A stretch of DNA of 64,000 nucleotides from Thermoproteota archaeon (GCA_026986575.1 JALSOH010000009.1:192001-256000), one strand, 5' to 3'; counted from the stretch's first letter, positions 19,197-29,597 are shown. Notes: generated from the letters alone by a model not told the origin. A program made the numbers and translations.

Positions 19197-19453
19197 CGCT
19201 ATCTAAGATTGAATGAGCATTAAAGTAATAAAGTTTTCTGTTGGAAATTTTATATGGAAAATATCATCATCTCTTTTGGGAAATCAATTTAATTTAGTAA
19301 ATGTCTATTTTGATTTACAAATAAGCGTTCGCAAAGACCTATCAAGACACATTCTGGGTCTTCTAATGGGTTGCGAAGTTGAAGATGAGCCGCAAGCAGT
19401 TCCCACAGCGGGAGCATCAGATGATTGCTTGAAGGACATCCGATCTGATTCGT

Positions 19454-19474
19454 AAAAAAGAGGAGAAGAGGGGA
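19454..19474 (-). terminator. Pyrimidine/U-rich terminator after the 856-aa surface protein gene
   Basis: cccctcttctcctctttttt on the minus strand right after the stop. Confidence 0.5.
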
Positions 19475-22045
19475 TCACGGAACCTCATACACCACTGTGA
19501 TCTCCCCGTCCTGCACCTGATGGTCATAGTTGGCATCGATCCATTCAACCACTATAAGCAGCTTACCGCTTGCCTCGTCCGGATGATTCAGCAGCCACAT
19601 AAGCGCGGCCCTAGTCCCGAACCTGTTTACGCCCGCGACCCTCACCACCATGTTGTCGCAGTCGAAGAGTATCGCGCCATAGTCCTTCTCTCCATATGTC
19701 GCTGTGTACACTTGATCCTTGACCCTCAGAGTGTTGTCCTCGAAGTAGACCTCGTACTGCTCCCATGGATACGGGATCACGTTAGGTCCACCGAGCACGA
19801 TCACCTTCTTCTCCTCACTAGGTCCTGCCTTACCCGCCAGTCTGCTCAGCAGGTCCTGATTGAACTGAATGTCCTCGTACATGCCCCTGTACTTCATCTC
19901 CTTCGGAAATCCGAAGGGCAGGATGCATCCCTCGTAAACCGGTGCTGCGACAGGGATAGTTGGAGAAGGCGGTGGCGTTTCCCTCTCCTTGAAGTGCGCA
20001 ATGACCTCGTGATCCCTGTTCATGGAGAAGGTCAGGGTGAGGCCAGATCCCCTGTTGGAGCCATCGAGCTCCCAGTGATCGAACTCGAAGCCAGCATGCG
20101 CGGTTGGATTGAGGCTGATAACCGTGCCTCTATCTATCTGGTAAGTGCCGACGTGGTAGGTGTGAGTGTCTCCAGCGGTAGAGGGGTTCGCCTTTATGGT
20201 GAGAGTGTACTGCTTCCAGTACACGGCCTTTATGGTACGGTCGTCGTTCATGGAGAAGGTGCTGCCGGACCAATGGGAGCCGTCCAGCTCCCAGTGATCG
20301 AACCTGTAGCCAGGGCACGAGCGATAGCTGGGAGATACATCCGTTCCTCTGTAGAGATCTGTCACGCTATCTCCATCGCCGTAGTCACCGTCGGGATCGG
20401 GTGGATTGTTCTGCGCACCAGCTGGGGGTGAGAAGTCCATGTGCACCGTGCATCCCACAGGGGCACCGAGTTCGTCTCTGACCTGAACATCCAGATCCAC
20501 CAGTTTCCAATAAACCGCCCCCAGGGTCTTATCTCCGTCCATGGTGAAGGAGCATGCCCCCGTTCCGGAGCAAGGCCCACTCCAGTGATCGAAGTTGTAG
20601 CCACTGTAGGAGTTAGGTGAGGCAGTGATCTCCGTGCCGATGTCCATGGTCAGGGAATCCGAGTTGTCGTAATCTCCATCGCTGGGGATGTTGGGGTTGT
20701 GAGCTCCAGCAGGCGCGGTGAATGAGAGGTGTAAACTAGCCCCAACGGAGCCTCCTAAATCGTCCTCTATGTCGAAGTCGAGGGTCACCTGCTTCCAGTA
20801 CACAGCCTTTATGGTGATGTCGCTATCTCCCACAGTGATCCCAGCTCCAGGGTCACCGCTCGCACCGCTCAGCTCCCAATGATCAAAGCGGTAACCTGAG
20901 CATGTGCCTGGGCTTGCAGTTATCACCGTGTACTTGTACACATCCCTCAACGATGCACCATCAGCGTACCAGCCACTGTAATCGGGTGCCTGTTCTGCAT
21001 TATCCGGCAGGGTGAACTGCAGCCTCACCTTGCATGAAGAGGGCATGCTGGCTCCGTCCTGATCCACGACCTCCACATTCACGTCAACCACTTTCCAGAA
21101 GAAAGCTGCCGCGGCCTTATCCTCGGTCATGGTTAAGGTGCAGTCGCCTGTACCGGTGCAGTCGCCGGTGGTATGGCCGTTCCAGGTCCCCCAGTGGTCG
21201 AACACTCTTTGACCGCATGGCGTGTTCGGGCTGAGCGTGATGGTCGTACCGTCATCGTACACCAGAGTATCTCCGTGGTAAGCATCCGACTTCCCGTTGT
21301 TATCGGCAGGTCTCGCGTGAATGGAGCATCCAGAGAGTGGGAAACCGTCCTCATCACCTATTTTCACCTCAAGTCTCCAGGTCTTCACGAAGACCGCCGT
21401 CAGTGTGTGATCTCCATCCATGGTCACGGTGATGCTCGTATCAGTACCTGCATTGCTTCCATCCAGCACCCAGTGATCGAAGCGGTAGCCTGAGTTAGGA
21501 CTGGCTGTTACGGTGACCTCCGTTCCCTCGTCGTACGTGAGAGTGCCGTCCGCCCCGGAAACTAGGTTGCGACCGTTCACATCGCTCGGTTTGGCCTTGA
21601 CCCTTCCGGCATCGTCGGGATCGATATCGATGTAGAGATCCGCCCTCTGCTTCTTCAGATATAGGGTGGCCTCACCCACGCTTCCTTTAAGCTTGTACTC
21701 TAGGACTCCACCGCTGTTCCTTATCACATCAACGTTACCGGATGCCTTCCAGTGATCGAAATCATAACCGGCGCATTCTCCCGGCCTGTAAGTGAACCTG
21801 TAATAGCCCTTGCCCCTGTATGCCGTTTGGCCGTCCATGAAGTTACCGACTAACTGGTACGAATCGCCCTCGTGTTCCTTGAACTCGACCTTCACAGCCT
21901 TGCATCCGGTCACATGCCGGCCCGTCTCGACATCCTTGACGTGCACATTGGAGTGACAAGCGGATGCCTGCTGGAGGATGAGCACGCTGCCCAACAAAAG
22001 GAGGGCTAGTCCCAGCATCACAAGACGACGTAATTCCACTGTCAT
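19475..22045 (-). CDS. Large surface protein with about 7 InlB B-repeat-like (FDHW) domains and shared C-terminal domain
   Basis: Signal peptide; seven FDHW motifs; C-terminal VRVAGVNRFGTRAALMW...EWIDANYD. Confidence 0.85.
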   Translation of the reverse strand: MTVELRRLVMLGLALLLLGSVLILQQASACHSNVHVKDVETGRHVTGCKAVKVEFKEHEGDSYQLVGNFMDGQTAYRGKGYYRFTYRPGECAGYDFDHWKASGNVDVIRNSGGVLEYKLKGSVGEATLYLKKQRADLYIDIDPDDAGRVKAKPSDVNGRNLVSGADGTLTYDEGTEVTVTASPNSGYRFDHWVLDGSNAGTDTSITVTMDGDHTLTAVFVKTWRLEVKIGDEDGFPLSGCSIHARPADNNGKSDAYHGDTLVYDDGTTITLSPNTPCGQRVFDHWGTWNGHTTGDCTGTGDCTLTMTEDKAAAAFFWKVVDVNVEVVDQDGASMPSSCKVRLQFTLPDNAEQAPDYSGWYADGASLRDVYKYTVITASPGTCSGYRFDHWELSGASGDPGAGITVGDSDITIKAVYWKQVTLDFDIEDDLGGSVGASLHLSFTAPAGAHNPNIPSDGDYDNSDSLTMDIGTEITASPNSYSGYNFDHWSGPCSGTGACSFTMDGDKTLGAVYWKLVDLDVQVRDELGAPVGCTVHMDFSPPAGAQNNPPDPDGDYGDGDSVTDLYRGTDVSPSYRSCPGYRFDHWELDGSHWSGSTFSMNDDRTIKAVYWKQYTLTIKANPSTAGDTHTYHVGTYQIDRGTVISLNPTAHAGFEFDHWELDGSNRGSGLTLTFSMNRDHEVIAHFKERETPPPSPTIPVAAPVYEGCILPFGFPKEMKYRGMYEDIQFNQDLLSRLAGKAGPSEEKKVIVLGGPNVIPYPWEQYEVYFEDNTLRVKDQVYTATYGEKDYGAILFDCDNMVVRVAGVNRFGTRAALMWLLNHPDEASGKLLIVVEWIDANYDHQVQDGEITVVYEVP

Positions 22046-22283
22046 AGAAAGTAACCTAAAAATTCGTAGAAAGTGTTCTTATAAGTCTTTTGGTTAAATT
22101 AACTCCGAAATCTATAGTCCGAATTCAAGTTCGTACGAGCTCTCGTGAGGCCGAGGGGAATAAAGCTTCTCATGGATCGACCAGTTTCAGGAAGATCGTG
22201 GGACCAGATGCGACGAATTCTTGGAGATAGTAAGAAGGAGCGGAGGAATAGAAACTGATAATTCTCACGCATGGATGCATTTA

Positions 22284-23105
22284 CTACCACTCAACAATGG
22301 GAGAGATCTCCCAGTATTCGACCTCACCATTGTCATTTAGGTCAATCCACTCCAGTATAATGAGATCTTTACCGACAAGAAATTCATACTCCTTGAGCAA
22401 CCAGATCAGTCCAGCTCTGGTCCCGTATCTGGTGATTCCAGCTATTCGAATGTCCCCATCATCTTTTATCAGTATGACAGCGTAGTCCCTTTTACCAAAA
22501 ACAGCATTGAATCTATCATCCGCTACCACGAGGGAGCACTCTTGGAAGGACACATTATAGTTCCCCCAAGGGAAAGGGATAGCCATCGGGCCCCCTAGAT
22601 ACAAGACTCTGCTACCATTACCTTTTAAGTCGCCTATAAGATCTCCATTTAGGGATAAATCGATCTCTCCAGCGACCAACCTGTAATCCATCGGAAATCT
22701 CCATTCAGCGCCTCCGGCCATGCTTCCCGCTCCCTTTTCGTCTCCCTCACTCGAACTCACACTCTTCAAAGGAGCGACGAGGGTTTCTTTAACGAATAAA
22801 GCTCTCAAGAGGTGGTCTTCACTCATCTCAATCCTTATGATAGGTGAGTTCCTCCCGACCCTCTTGCCATCGATCTCCCACTGGTAGAAAACGTAGCCCT
22901 CGGCGGGTTCCGCCCTAACGGTGACTACCTGTCCTTCATCATATGAGTGAATGCCGGGTGGGGGAAGTGTGGTGCCCTCACCCACGACGATTATCTCCAA
23001 CGTGTGTGGGCCGGATGCCACAGTCTTAGGTACATATGCGATCAAAGATAGCAGCACCGCGACCACGATGACGACAGGGCCGAGTATACTGATTTTTCTT
23101 AGCAT
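22284..23105 (-). CDS. Surface protein with one B-repeat-like domain and shared C-terminal domain
   Basis: Signal peptide; PAEGYVFYQW; IRIAGITRYGTRAGLIW...EWIDLNDNG. Confidence 0.8.
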   Translation of the reverse strand: MLRKISILGPVVIVVAVLLSLIAYVPKTVASGPHTLEIIVVGEGTTLPPPGIHSYDEGQVVTVRAEPAEGYVFYQWEIDGKRVGRNSPIIRIEMSEDHLLRALFVKETLVAPLKSVSSSEGDEKGAGSMAGGAEWRFPMDYRLVAGEIDLSLNGDLIGDLKGNGSRVLYLGGPMAIPFPWGNYNVSFQECSLVVADDRFNAVFGKRDYAVILIKDDGDIRIAGITRYGTRAGLIWLLKEYEFLVGKDLIILEWIDLNDNGEVEYWEISPIVEW

Positions 23106-23583
23106 CGCTATTTCTGAAATTTAGGTGGTAGGGTAGTAGATTTAAAGATATCCCAAGACGCCCATCGAGTGGAAGGGAATAGGACCTTCTCTTTTTTCAT
23201 CATAACGGACGTTTAAAGTAACCAACTTCTCTATTCCATTTGAGGAAAACTACATGTCTCCACGGCTGGTGGTCCATTACGAACACAGATAGTAACCAGC
23301 TTGATGAAAGGACATCTACTCAAAGGACTTGCAGTCATAGGAGCGGAGGGGCCGATCCTGCTCTCGATGATTAGAGCGGACCTGTAAGCGATAAAGCCCC
23401 CGGTCACGTCGGTCCCCATTCTTCATGGAGTGTCTTCGCGTAAAATATTTTATCGGCTCTTCCCGACTCACCGCGATTCTCCTCCCCATGAGACACACAA
23501 CGTTCCACATTTCGTTGAATTACTTCGAAAAAAATGTAGTTTAAGGAAATATTTTTATTACATCACCGGTACAATCTTAAACG

Positions 23584-24738
23584 GTGGTGCGAGTAGGCTC
23601 CCTGCGCGTCTTGGCGATCGTTGCGGTGCTCTTTGCTTCCCTACTTCTTATAGGTCTGTTATCCTCCTTTGGGGCACCAAAAAGTTGTTCTTCAACGACG
23701 ACTGTCACAATACATGATGAGGACGAAGTCTCGAAGCTCAGAGAGGAAAACGAGAAATTGAGGAATGAAATAGCGAGATTGAGGGCCGAGATACAGGACC
23801 TCAAATCGAAGTTATCGGCTCTAAGGGAAGGTAAGATTGGGTGGAATGAGACCAGCACTAGGACTGAATCCATTAACCTAGAGGACCGCGTTCGCGAGCT
23901 CTCCGATAGAATGCAGAAATTGAATGAGAGCTACCGCAGCCTCAGGATGAAGTATGACGAACTGCTGCAGAAATACAACGAGCTCAAGACGGAGCATGAG
24001 CAGCTCAAGAGGAAGTACAACGACTTGCTGTCTAGGTATGAGAACCTGAGCGAGAGCATGAGCGTTCTGAAGAGATACAGATCCTCAGCCGTGGTCGTGA
24101 GGAGTTACGTGAAGGAGGCCAGAGATTTCCTGAACACAAGCACGTACAAGGAAGAGTTCTACGATTGGAGATTATGGATGATAGGCGAGAACTATAACTC
24201 CCAGATGAGGGGCGCCGTGGCCAACAGGAGCATCGCCAAGATATTCGCCCTCATGGTGGAGAGGGATCTCAAATACAACCACGAATTGTACAGGAAGATG
24301 TTGGAGGAATGGCTTCGTTACCATCCCGCCAATGACACCGTGCCCCTCGCTAATGAGGTTGCCAGGCTGTTCTATTCGTTGGATCACCGGTACGCAGTTC
24401 CGGGGAAGGATGAGCCCAACGCTGAACTGCCCCTGTTTCCTATCGAGCTGCTCGCCTACGGTCTGGGCGACTGTGAGGATCACGCCATGTTGATGGCGGC
24501 CCTCTACAAGGTTGCCGGGATAAGGACGGCGATAGTCGTTGTGAAGGATCACACCGATGTCGCGATAGACATCAACGGTTCATGGATTTTCCTGGAGTCG
24601 TCCCTGCATAAATCCGATCAGGAGGACATGCCCAGTGGATTCTACTCGAGCGTAACCATCTGGGAGCTCCAGAAGGAGTTCAGGGAGAGATGGGGGGGAT
24701 ATCCGGCCTACTTCGTGGAGGTAGGATCGGAAAGCTGA
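23584..24738 (+). CDS. Membrane-anchored coiled-coil protein with transglutaminase-like cysteine protease domain
   Basis: N-terminal TM, long heptad repeats, GDCEDHA...H...WIFLE catalytic pattern. Confidence 0.8.
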   Translation: MVRVGSLRVLAIVAVLFASLLLIGLLSSFGAPKSCSSTTTVTIHDEDEVSKLREENEKLRNEIARLRAEIQDLKSKLSALREGKIGWNETSTRTESINLEDRVRELSDRMQKLNESYRSLRMKYDELLQKYNELKTEHEQLKRKYNDLLSRYENLSESMSVLKRYRSSAVVVRSYVKEARDFLNTSTYKEEFYDWRLWMIGENYNSQMRGAVANRSIAKIFALMVERDLKYNHELYRKMLEEWLRYHPANDTVPLANEVARLFYSLDHRYAVPGKDEPNAELPLFPIELLAYGLGDCEDHAMLMAALYKVAGIRTAIVVVKDHTDVAIDINGSWIFLESSLHKSDQEDMPSGFYSSVTIWELQKEFRERWGGYPAYFVEVGSES

Positions 24739-24865
24739 ATAATCCGTCTCCCGAACTTATCCCCCGTCGGGGATCAATCGAGCCCCGATCCCGTCTCGAC
24801 CTTCGATGGCCACCAAGCAAAGGCAATACCTTCATTTTTAACTAAACCATCCCGGGAGAAGCTCG

Positions 24866-25996
24866 ATGGAGAATCGGAAGCTGGTGGTGAACCTTGCATC
24901 CGTGGCTCTCTACTTCCTCTCTCTATGGCTCGTAGCTTCCGTACTCGCTCGTTACGCTAGGGACCTAGGAATAGGTCTCACGGAGATAAGCGTGGTTTGG
25001 TCAGCTATCTCGCTGGTCACTCTGGTTATGAGGCCCATAACTGGCTACTTAGCGGACAGGTGGTCGAGCAATGCGACCATGTTCATAGGCTCCGTCTTTT
25101 CACTCCTGTCCTCGATCATCTTCCTACATGCATCCAACTTCACGTCGCTACTTATGGGGAGGGTTGTGCAGGGCTTGGGTAACTCTTTCTTCATCGCTCC
25201 CTCAGCCGTGGCCGTGGCATCCAGCGCATCCAGTGTGGGCCTCGCTCTGGGCCTCAGATCCATGCTCATATCCCTTGGAGGTGTACTGGGACCTCCGGCG
25301 GCTGGACTGCTGGTTGACTCCTTCGGTTACTGGGCGGTCTTCACCCTAGCTGCGATATCCTCACTGATCATAGCCGCGATGAATGTCCGCATGAGAGGTG
25401 AAACCAGCGAGAGGAGGAGGGGAAGGGCCGGATGGGGAGACGCCGTAGGTGGGGTCGTTCTCCTTACCATGTCCCTGGCCGCCTTGGGTGGGGCCGCCCT
25501 GATGGTCATCTTGGAACTGGTTCAAGTCCACTACAGGGATCTCGGCTACGGAGCTTCCATCTTCGGGTACTTCAGCATGTTCTTCGGAGCCGCTGGCCTC
25601 ATATCAAGGTACCTGTCGGGGAGGATGGCAGAGAGCAGACCCATGGCTGCCATATCTCTAGGTTACGGGATCATGCTACTCTCACTCGTGGCCCTCTCTA
25701 TCTGGTACATCCCTCCACTGAGCTACGGTATCGCCGCCCTGTTTGGCTTGGGCCTCGGATTCACGGTTCCGGCCCAACAGTACGTGACCATTGAGTTGGT
25801 CCCTGAGGGTGCGAGAAATAGGGCAATGGCCCTATACTCTATGGGGGCCGACGTGGGTCGCTTCTCAGGTCCCATAGTCATGAGCTTCGTCGCCTCGCTG
25901 TCGGATTACTCCCGAGCATATCTCTTCACGGCCTTGTTTCCCCTAGCATCGGCCCCCATGCTGATCATGCTGTCGAGGAGGATGAGGGATGCGTGA
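24866..25996 (+). CDS. MFS transporter
   Basis: About 12 TM helices; RPITGYLADRW motif A; GRVVQG. Confidence 0.9.
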   Translation: MENRKLVVNLASVALYFLSLWLVASVLARYARDLGIGLTEISVVWSAISLVTLVMRPITGYLADRWSSNATMFIGSVFSLLSSIIFLHASNFTSLLMGRVVQGLGNSFFIAPSAVAVASSASSVGLALGLRSMLISLGGVLGPPAAGLLVDSFGYWAVFTLAAISSLIIAAMNVRMRGETSERRRGRAGWGDAVGGVVLLTMSLAALGGAALMVILELVQVHYRDLGYGASIFGYFSMFFGAAGLISRYLSGRMAESRPMAAISLGYGIMLLSLVALSIWYIPPLSYGIAALFGLGLGFTVPAQQYVTIELVPEGARNRAMALYSMGADVGRFSGPIVMSFVASLSDYSRAYLFTALFPLASAPMLIMLSRRMRDA

Positions 25997-27845
25997 ACTC
26001 CAAGGTAAAAGGCTCTACCTCCGCATTCTGGGATCCTGCATCAGGATCTTAGAGGAGTACCTCGACCTCAGCGATCTCCAATCTCTGAAAATCCCGCTCT
26101 TGAGCGAACTACCACGAGAGGTTGTGGAGAGGGCCAGGGAGGAGAGACCCCTGTCCCTGCATCGATGCCAGCTCATGGTTCAGAGGACCGTTGGTTCAGA
26201 TAGGAGGAGGGAACTGGCCGTGTACTACTCGAAGGACGAGGCGCTCCGGCTCATGGAGGAGGCGCTGGACTTGGTGGAGGGCGACATAGTGCTGGGCGAT
26301 CCCTTCATGGGTTCCGGGAGAACGCTCTCCCACCTATTGTCTCTGGCTAAGGATAGGGTAATCAAGGTGTGGGGTGTGGAGAGGCTCCATCTACCGGCGT
26401 TGGTAGCGTTCACCTCTCTCCTCCATATCTTGGAGGGTGAAGGGGGAATCTTGGATGTGAGGGTGGGGGATGCCTTCACCATGTATCTCAGGGGGGAGCT
26501 CCCATCTTCCAACCTGATAGCCACTAATCCGCCCTTCACCAGGTGGGACAAGCTTCCTGAGGATTACAGGAGGGCGCTGGTGGAAACATTCAGGAGAACC
26601 CATCCGGAGTTCGTGGGTAGGGGATCCATCAGCCTCCAAGCCCTAGCGATGCTACTGATCGACGGCATTCTCGAGGACGGGGGTGTTGTGGCGACAGTGC
26701 TCCCAGCTTCCACATTTTACACGATATACGGGAGGGGGTACAAGAGGCTCCTCAGGGAGAGCTATCACTTGGCGCTGCTGGCTGAAGGACGGGACTCCTT
26801 CTCTGAGGGAAGTGGATTCAAGGAGCTGGTACTCGTGGCTATAAAAGGAGCGAGAAGAGGCCTTACAAAGGTCCTGAACGCGTCGGGTAAACGCTCTCTC
26901 CTCGACTTGAGGGAAATACCCACATTCTTTGACAGGAATTGGCTGTCCCTCTTCGACCGGGATCTTCGCGATCTCGTGCTCAAGTTCGTTGGTCCGGCAC
27001 TCAGGGCCGGGACCCTCGTGAGGCTCTCGGATTTGGGAGTGCGAGTGGTCAGGGGAGTTGAGATGTATGGCCCCCAGTTCTTCTTCCTCCCCAACGGGTA
27101 CTGGGATCTCAAGCCGGGCGACTCGGACTTCATCCTCTCTGACGGTCGGGAGCTTAGGATAGGCGGGAAATACTTGGTGAAAGCCCTGAGGAGGCCATCC
27201 CTGTACTCAAGCTCAATAGAGGTGGATGTAGGGACCTATTTGCTCGCCGTGCCCCCCGTACCATTGGAGGACCTTCCAAGGGACTTGGTGGAATTCATCA
27301 GGTGGGGCTTGGAGGAAGGCACCGCCGCCCCGGCAGTCAAATCTAAAGGAAGCAGGTGGTACAGCCATGTCTGGAGACAGCTCAGGACTAAGAAGCCCTT
27401 CGGATACCTCTTCCTCCCCGACAAGGTGGGCGATCCCCTTAGGAGATCCTCCTTGGCCAACCTGACGGGAGAGAAAGTGACAGCCTCCAAGAACTTCTAC
27501 ATTGTGATCACGAGTAGGATGAGGTCTTTGATGTTGGCAGCGTGGTACAACAGCACGTTCTTCGCTTCGCTGCTCACGCTCATGGGTAGGAAGATATCGG
27601 GGAGGTGGACCCGCTTCCTCCTCGCTGACTACTTGGAGATGCCTGTGCCGAGGGGGGAGGATGAAGGAGTAATAAGCGCCTTCAGGGAGCTCTCGAAGGA
27701 CCCGAGGCCTATTGAAGAGGAATTATCCGCCGAGGGAAGCAGGTATCGTCTGGATATGGCCCTAGGCAGGGCTCTATCTGTACCAAAGGTGGACCGGCTA
27801 CTGGAATCACTGTATTCGAAACTGGCGGACCTAGCGATGGAGTGA
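25989..27845 (+). CDS. N6-adenine DNA methyltransferase (gamma class, TaqI/Eco57I-like), no nuclease domain evident
   Basis: DPFMGSG (motif I) precedes NPPF (motif IV); C-terminal TRD-like region with AWYNSTF. Confidence 0.85.
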   Translation: MRELQGKRLYLRILGSCIRILEEYLDLSDLQSLKIPLLSELPREVVERAREERPLSLHRCQLMVQRTVGSDRRRELAVYYSKDEALRLMEEALDLVEGDIVLGDPFMGSGRTLSHLLSLAKDRVIKVWGVERLHLPALVAFTSLLHILEGEGGILDVRVGDAFTMYLRGELPSSNLIATNPPFTRWDKLPEDYRRALVETFRRTHPEFVGRGSISLQALAMLLIDGILEDGGVVATVLPASTFYTIYGRGYKRLLRESYHLALLAEGRDSFSEGSGFKELVLVAIKGARRGLTKVLNASGKRSLLDLREIPTFFDRNWLSLFDRDLRDLVLKFVGPALRAGTLVRLSDLGVRVVRGVEMYGPQFFFLPNGYWDLKPGDSDFILSDGRELRIGGKYLVKALRRPSLYSSSIEVDVGTYLLAVPPVPLEDLPRDLVEFIRWGLEEGTAAPAVKSKGSRWYSHVWRQLRTKKPFGYLFLPDKVGDPLRRSSLANLTGEKVTASKNFYIVITSRMRSLMLAAWYNSTFFASLLTLMGRKISGRWTRFLLADYLEMPVPRGEDEGVISAFRELSKDPRPIEEELSAEGSRYRLDMALGRALSVPKVDRLLESLYSKLADLAME

Positions 27846-27875
27846 TTTTTAGGGTATTATGGAGGGGGCGGGCAC

Positions 27876-28415
27876 ATGCAACCATGGGCGCTGCTTCTCG
27901 GCTCGGCATTCGGTGCCTTCATAGGGTACGCGGCCAACAGGGTGGCGATATGGATGCTCTTCCATCCTAGGAAGGCCATACGGCTGGGTCCCATTAGGGT
28001 GCAGGGGGTGTTCCCCAAGAGGAGGAGGGAAATTGCCGAGAACATAGCCAATACTGTTGAGAGAAATATCCTCTCCCCGGAAGATGTTAGGGAGATGATC
28101 TCGGAGGCCGTGGAACTAAAACTGAGGGAAGTTAAGTTGCCAATCCCGCTTCCTTCGGAGACGAGGGAGATGTTGGAACTAGCTATAATAAGGGTCGTGG
28201 TAACTGTGACTACGTCTCTTCTCTCTCAGATGAGCGAGAACATGAGCGTGAGCGAGTTCATTTTAAGGAAGTTCGAGGAGGTGAGCGATGAGGAACTTGA
28301 GAGGATGTTTCTAGATGCCGTGGGTAAGGAACTCAGGTACATCGCTCTGAACGACGCCCTCATCGGTGCCCTAGTTGGCGCCCTTGAGATGGCCCTCCTC
28401 TCGTTCCTCCACTGA
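27876..28415 (+). CDS. DUF445-family membrane protein
   Basis: GAFIGYAANRVAIWMLFHP...QGVFPKRR and ELRYI...G.LVG. Confidence 0.85.
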   Translation: MQPWALLLGSAFGAFIGYAANRVAIWMLFHPRKAIRLGPIRVQGVFPKRRREIAENIANTVERNILSPEDVREMISEAVELKLREVKLPIPLPSETREMLELAIIRVVVTVTTSLLSQMSENMSVSEFILRKFEEVSDEELERMFLDAVGKELRYIALNDALIGALVGALEMALLSFLH

Positions 28416-28482
28416 TTTCTTTAACATTCGATGACGTAGAAGAATTATGGGCTGATGTGGGGCCATCAATGAGCAGTTCAGG

Positions 28483-28830
28483 ATGGAGGGAAGCGTTCGA
28501 TTTCTTGAAGAAGGGACCACCTCAATAAAATCAGGTGCGAACCTGAAAGAGGCAGCTAGACTCAGAAAAGAGCATGACATCGGTTTTACCGATAATTGAA
28601 GAGTCGGGGCCACTTGGTTGGTGTCCTATCTGAGGGGGACACAACTAGGCTCTCATCTAGGGCGAGGTGTACTCCAAGGTATTTGGAAGTCGTGAGGACC
28701 GACATGATCATAGCGAGCGACGATACCGTAGCTATTACTGCCTAACTCCTAGACGAATAGGGATCGGGAACCTAGTAGTGGTAGGAAGGTGAATTGGAGG
28801 GGGTTTCCCACAAAGGCCTCCATAGGGTCC
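28483..28830 (+). pseudogene. Degraded CBS-domain gene
   Basis: Fragments TTSIKSGANLKEAARLRKEHDIG / HLVGVLSEGD / GIGNLVVVG interrupted by stops and frameshifts. Confidence 0.6.
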
Positions 28831-28875
28831 TGACCTGCGGTGAGGAGCCCTCCTCTCGTTCCTCTTCCAACCCTT

Positions 28876-29325
28876 TTAGGATGAGGGCACCATACGCTGA
28901 AACTCGTAGGGCGTGATTACAAGGGAAGTGGACCATCCTCTATCTTCTAGGAATTTAATGAAGCTCCTGTCAATTGTCAGGAAAAAGAGGTTTGATTCCT
29001 TGGCTGATGCATAGAGGAGGTTATCTATTAAGTCCTTGTGGCCAGAATCGTAAATTCTGAACGCCAGAGAGTAGGCGCTAGGTCCTGGAATCAGCAGGTC
29101 GTAAGTAAGCCTCACAGCCTCTAATCCCAGTTCAAACGGCTCAGAATTGAGTCCCAGTTTAGTATAAATCCAAGAAGCCTCCAACAGGCTCACTTCCATG
29201 TAATGGACCCTCACTTCCCTGAATAGGGGGATCACCTCTTCAGCTTCCCTTTCAACCTCCATGCCAAGGGTGGGTAGGAGGAATGTCGTGTCAATCAGCA
29301 CGTCCAGCTTCTTCCTGTCTCTCAA
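28876..29325 (-). CDS. vapC: PIN-domain toxin (VapC family)
   Basis: VLIDTTFLLP, SLLE, GHKDLIDNLLYA and LTID motifs. Confidence 0.88.
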   Translation of the reverse strand: MRDRKKLDVLIDTTFLLPTLGMEVEREAEEVIPLFREVRVHYMEVSLLEASWIYTKLGLNSEPFELGLEAVRLTYDLLIPGPSAYSLAFRIYDSGHKDLIDNLLYASAKESNLFFLTIDRSFIKFLEDRGWSTSLVITPYEFQRMVPSS

Positions 29326-29539
29326 GACTCTCCTCCTCCAGCTCTTCTAGGGTCACTTTGGCGACCTTCTTCCCATGTAAAGCCAACCAGACCGCGTCCT
29401 TCTTGGGTTCTATGATAATCTTCTCACCCTCGACCTTCATAGCTACTAAGGTTCCCTCCTCAATTCCCACACTCTGGGCGATCTTCTTGGGGATCACTAT
29501 AGTCCGACGCCTCCCGACCCTTACCTCTACTACTGACAT
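29291..29539 (-). CDS. AbrB/MazE-family antitoxin
   Basis: VRVGRRRTIVIPKKIAQSVGIEEG. Confidence 0.88.
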   Translation of the reverse strand: MSVVEVRVGRRRTIVIPKKIAQSVGIEEGTLVAMKVEGEKIIIEPKKDAVWLALHGKKVAKVTLEELEEESLERQEEAGRAD

Positions 29540-29560
29540 CAGAAAACAACAACTTTCTGA
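29539..29560. promoter_or_regulatory. Inverted repeat TCAGAAA-n8-TTTCTGA at the abrB start
   Basis: Seen in sequence; a third TTTCTGA half-site at about 29571. Confidence 0.55.
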
Positions 29561-29597
29561 AAATATAATATTTCTGATTCTGATGCGTTCTACCAGC

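Noticed and set aside
19520-20431. 303-aa plus-strand ORF
   Set aside because: Antisense shadow of the 856-aa surface protein
23231-23717. Small ORFs between the divergent genes
   Set aside because: No motifs; probably promoter or intergenic DNA
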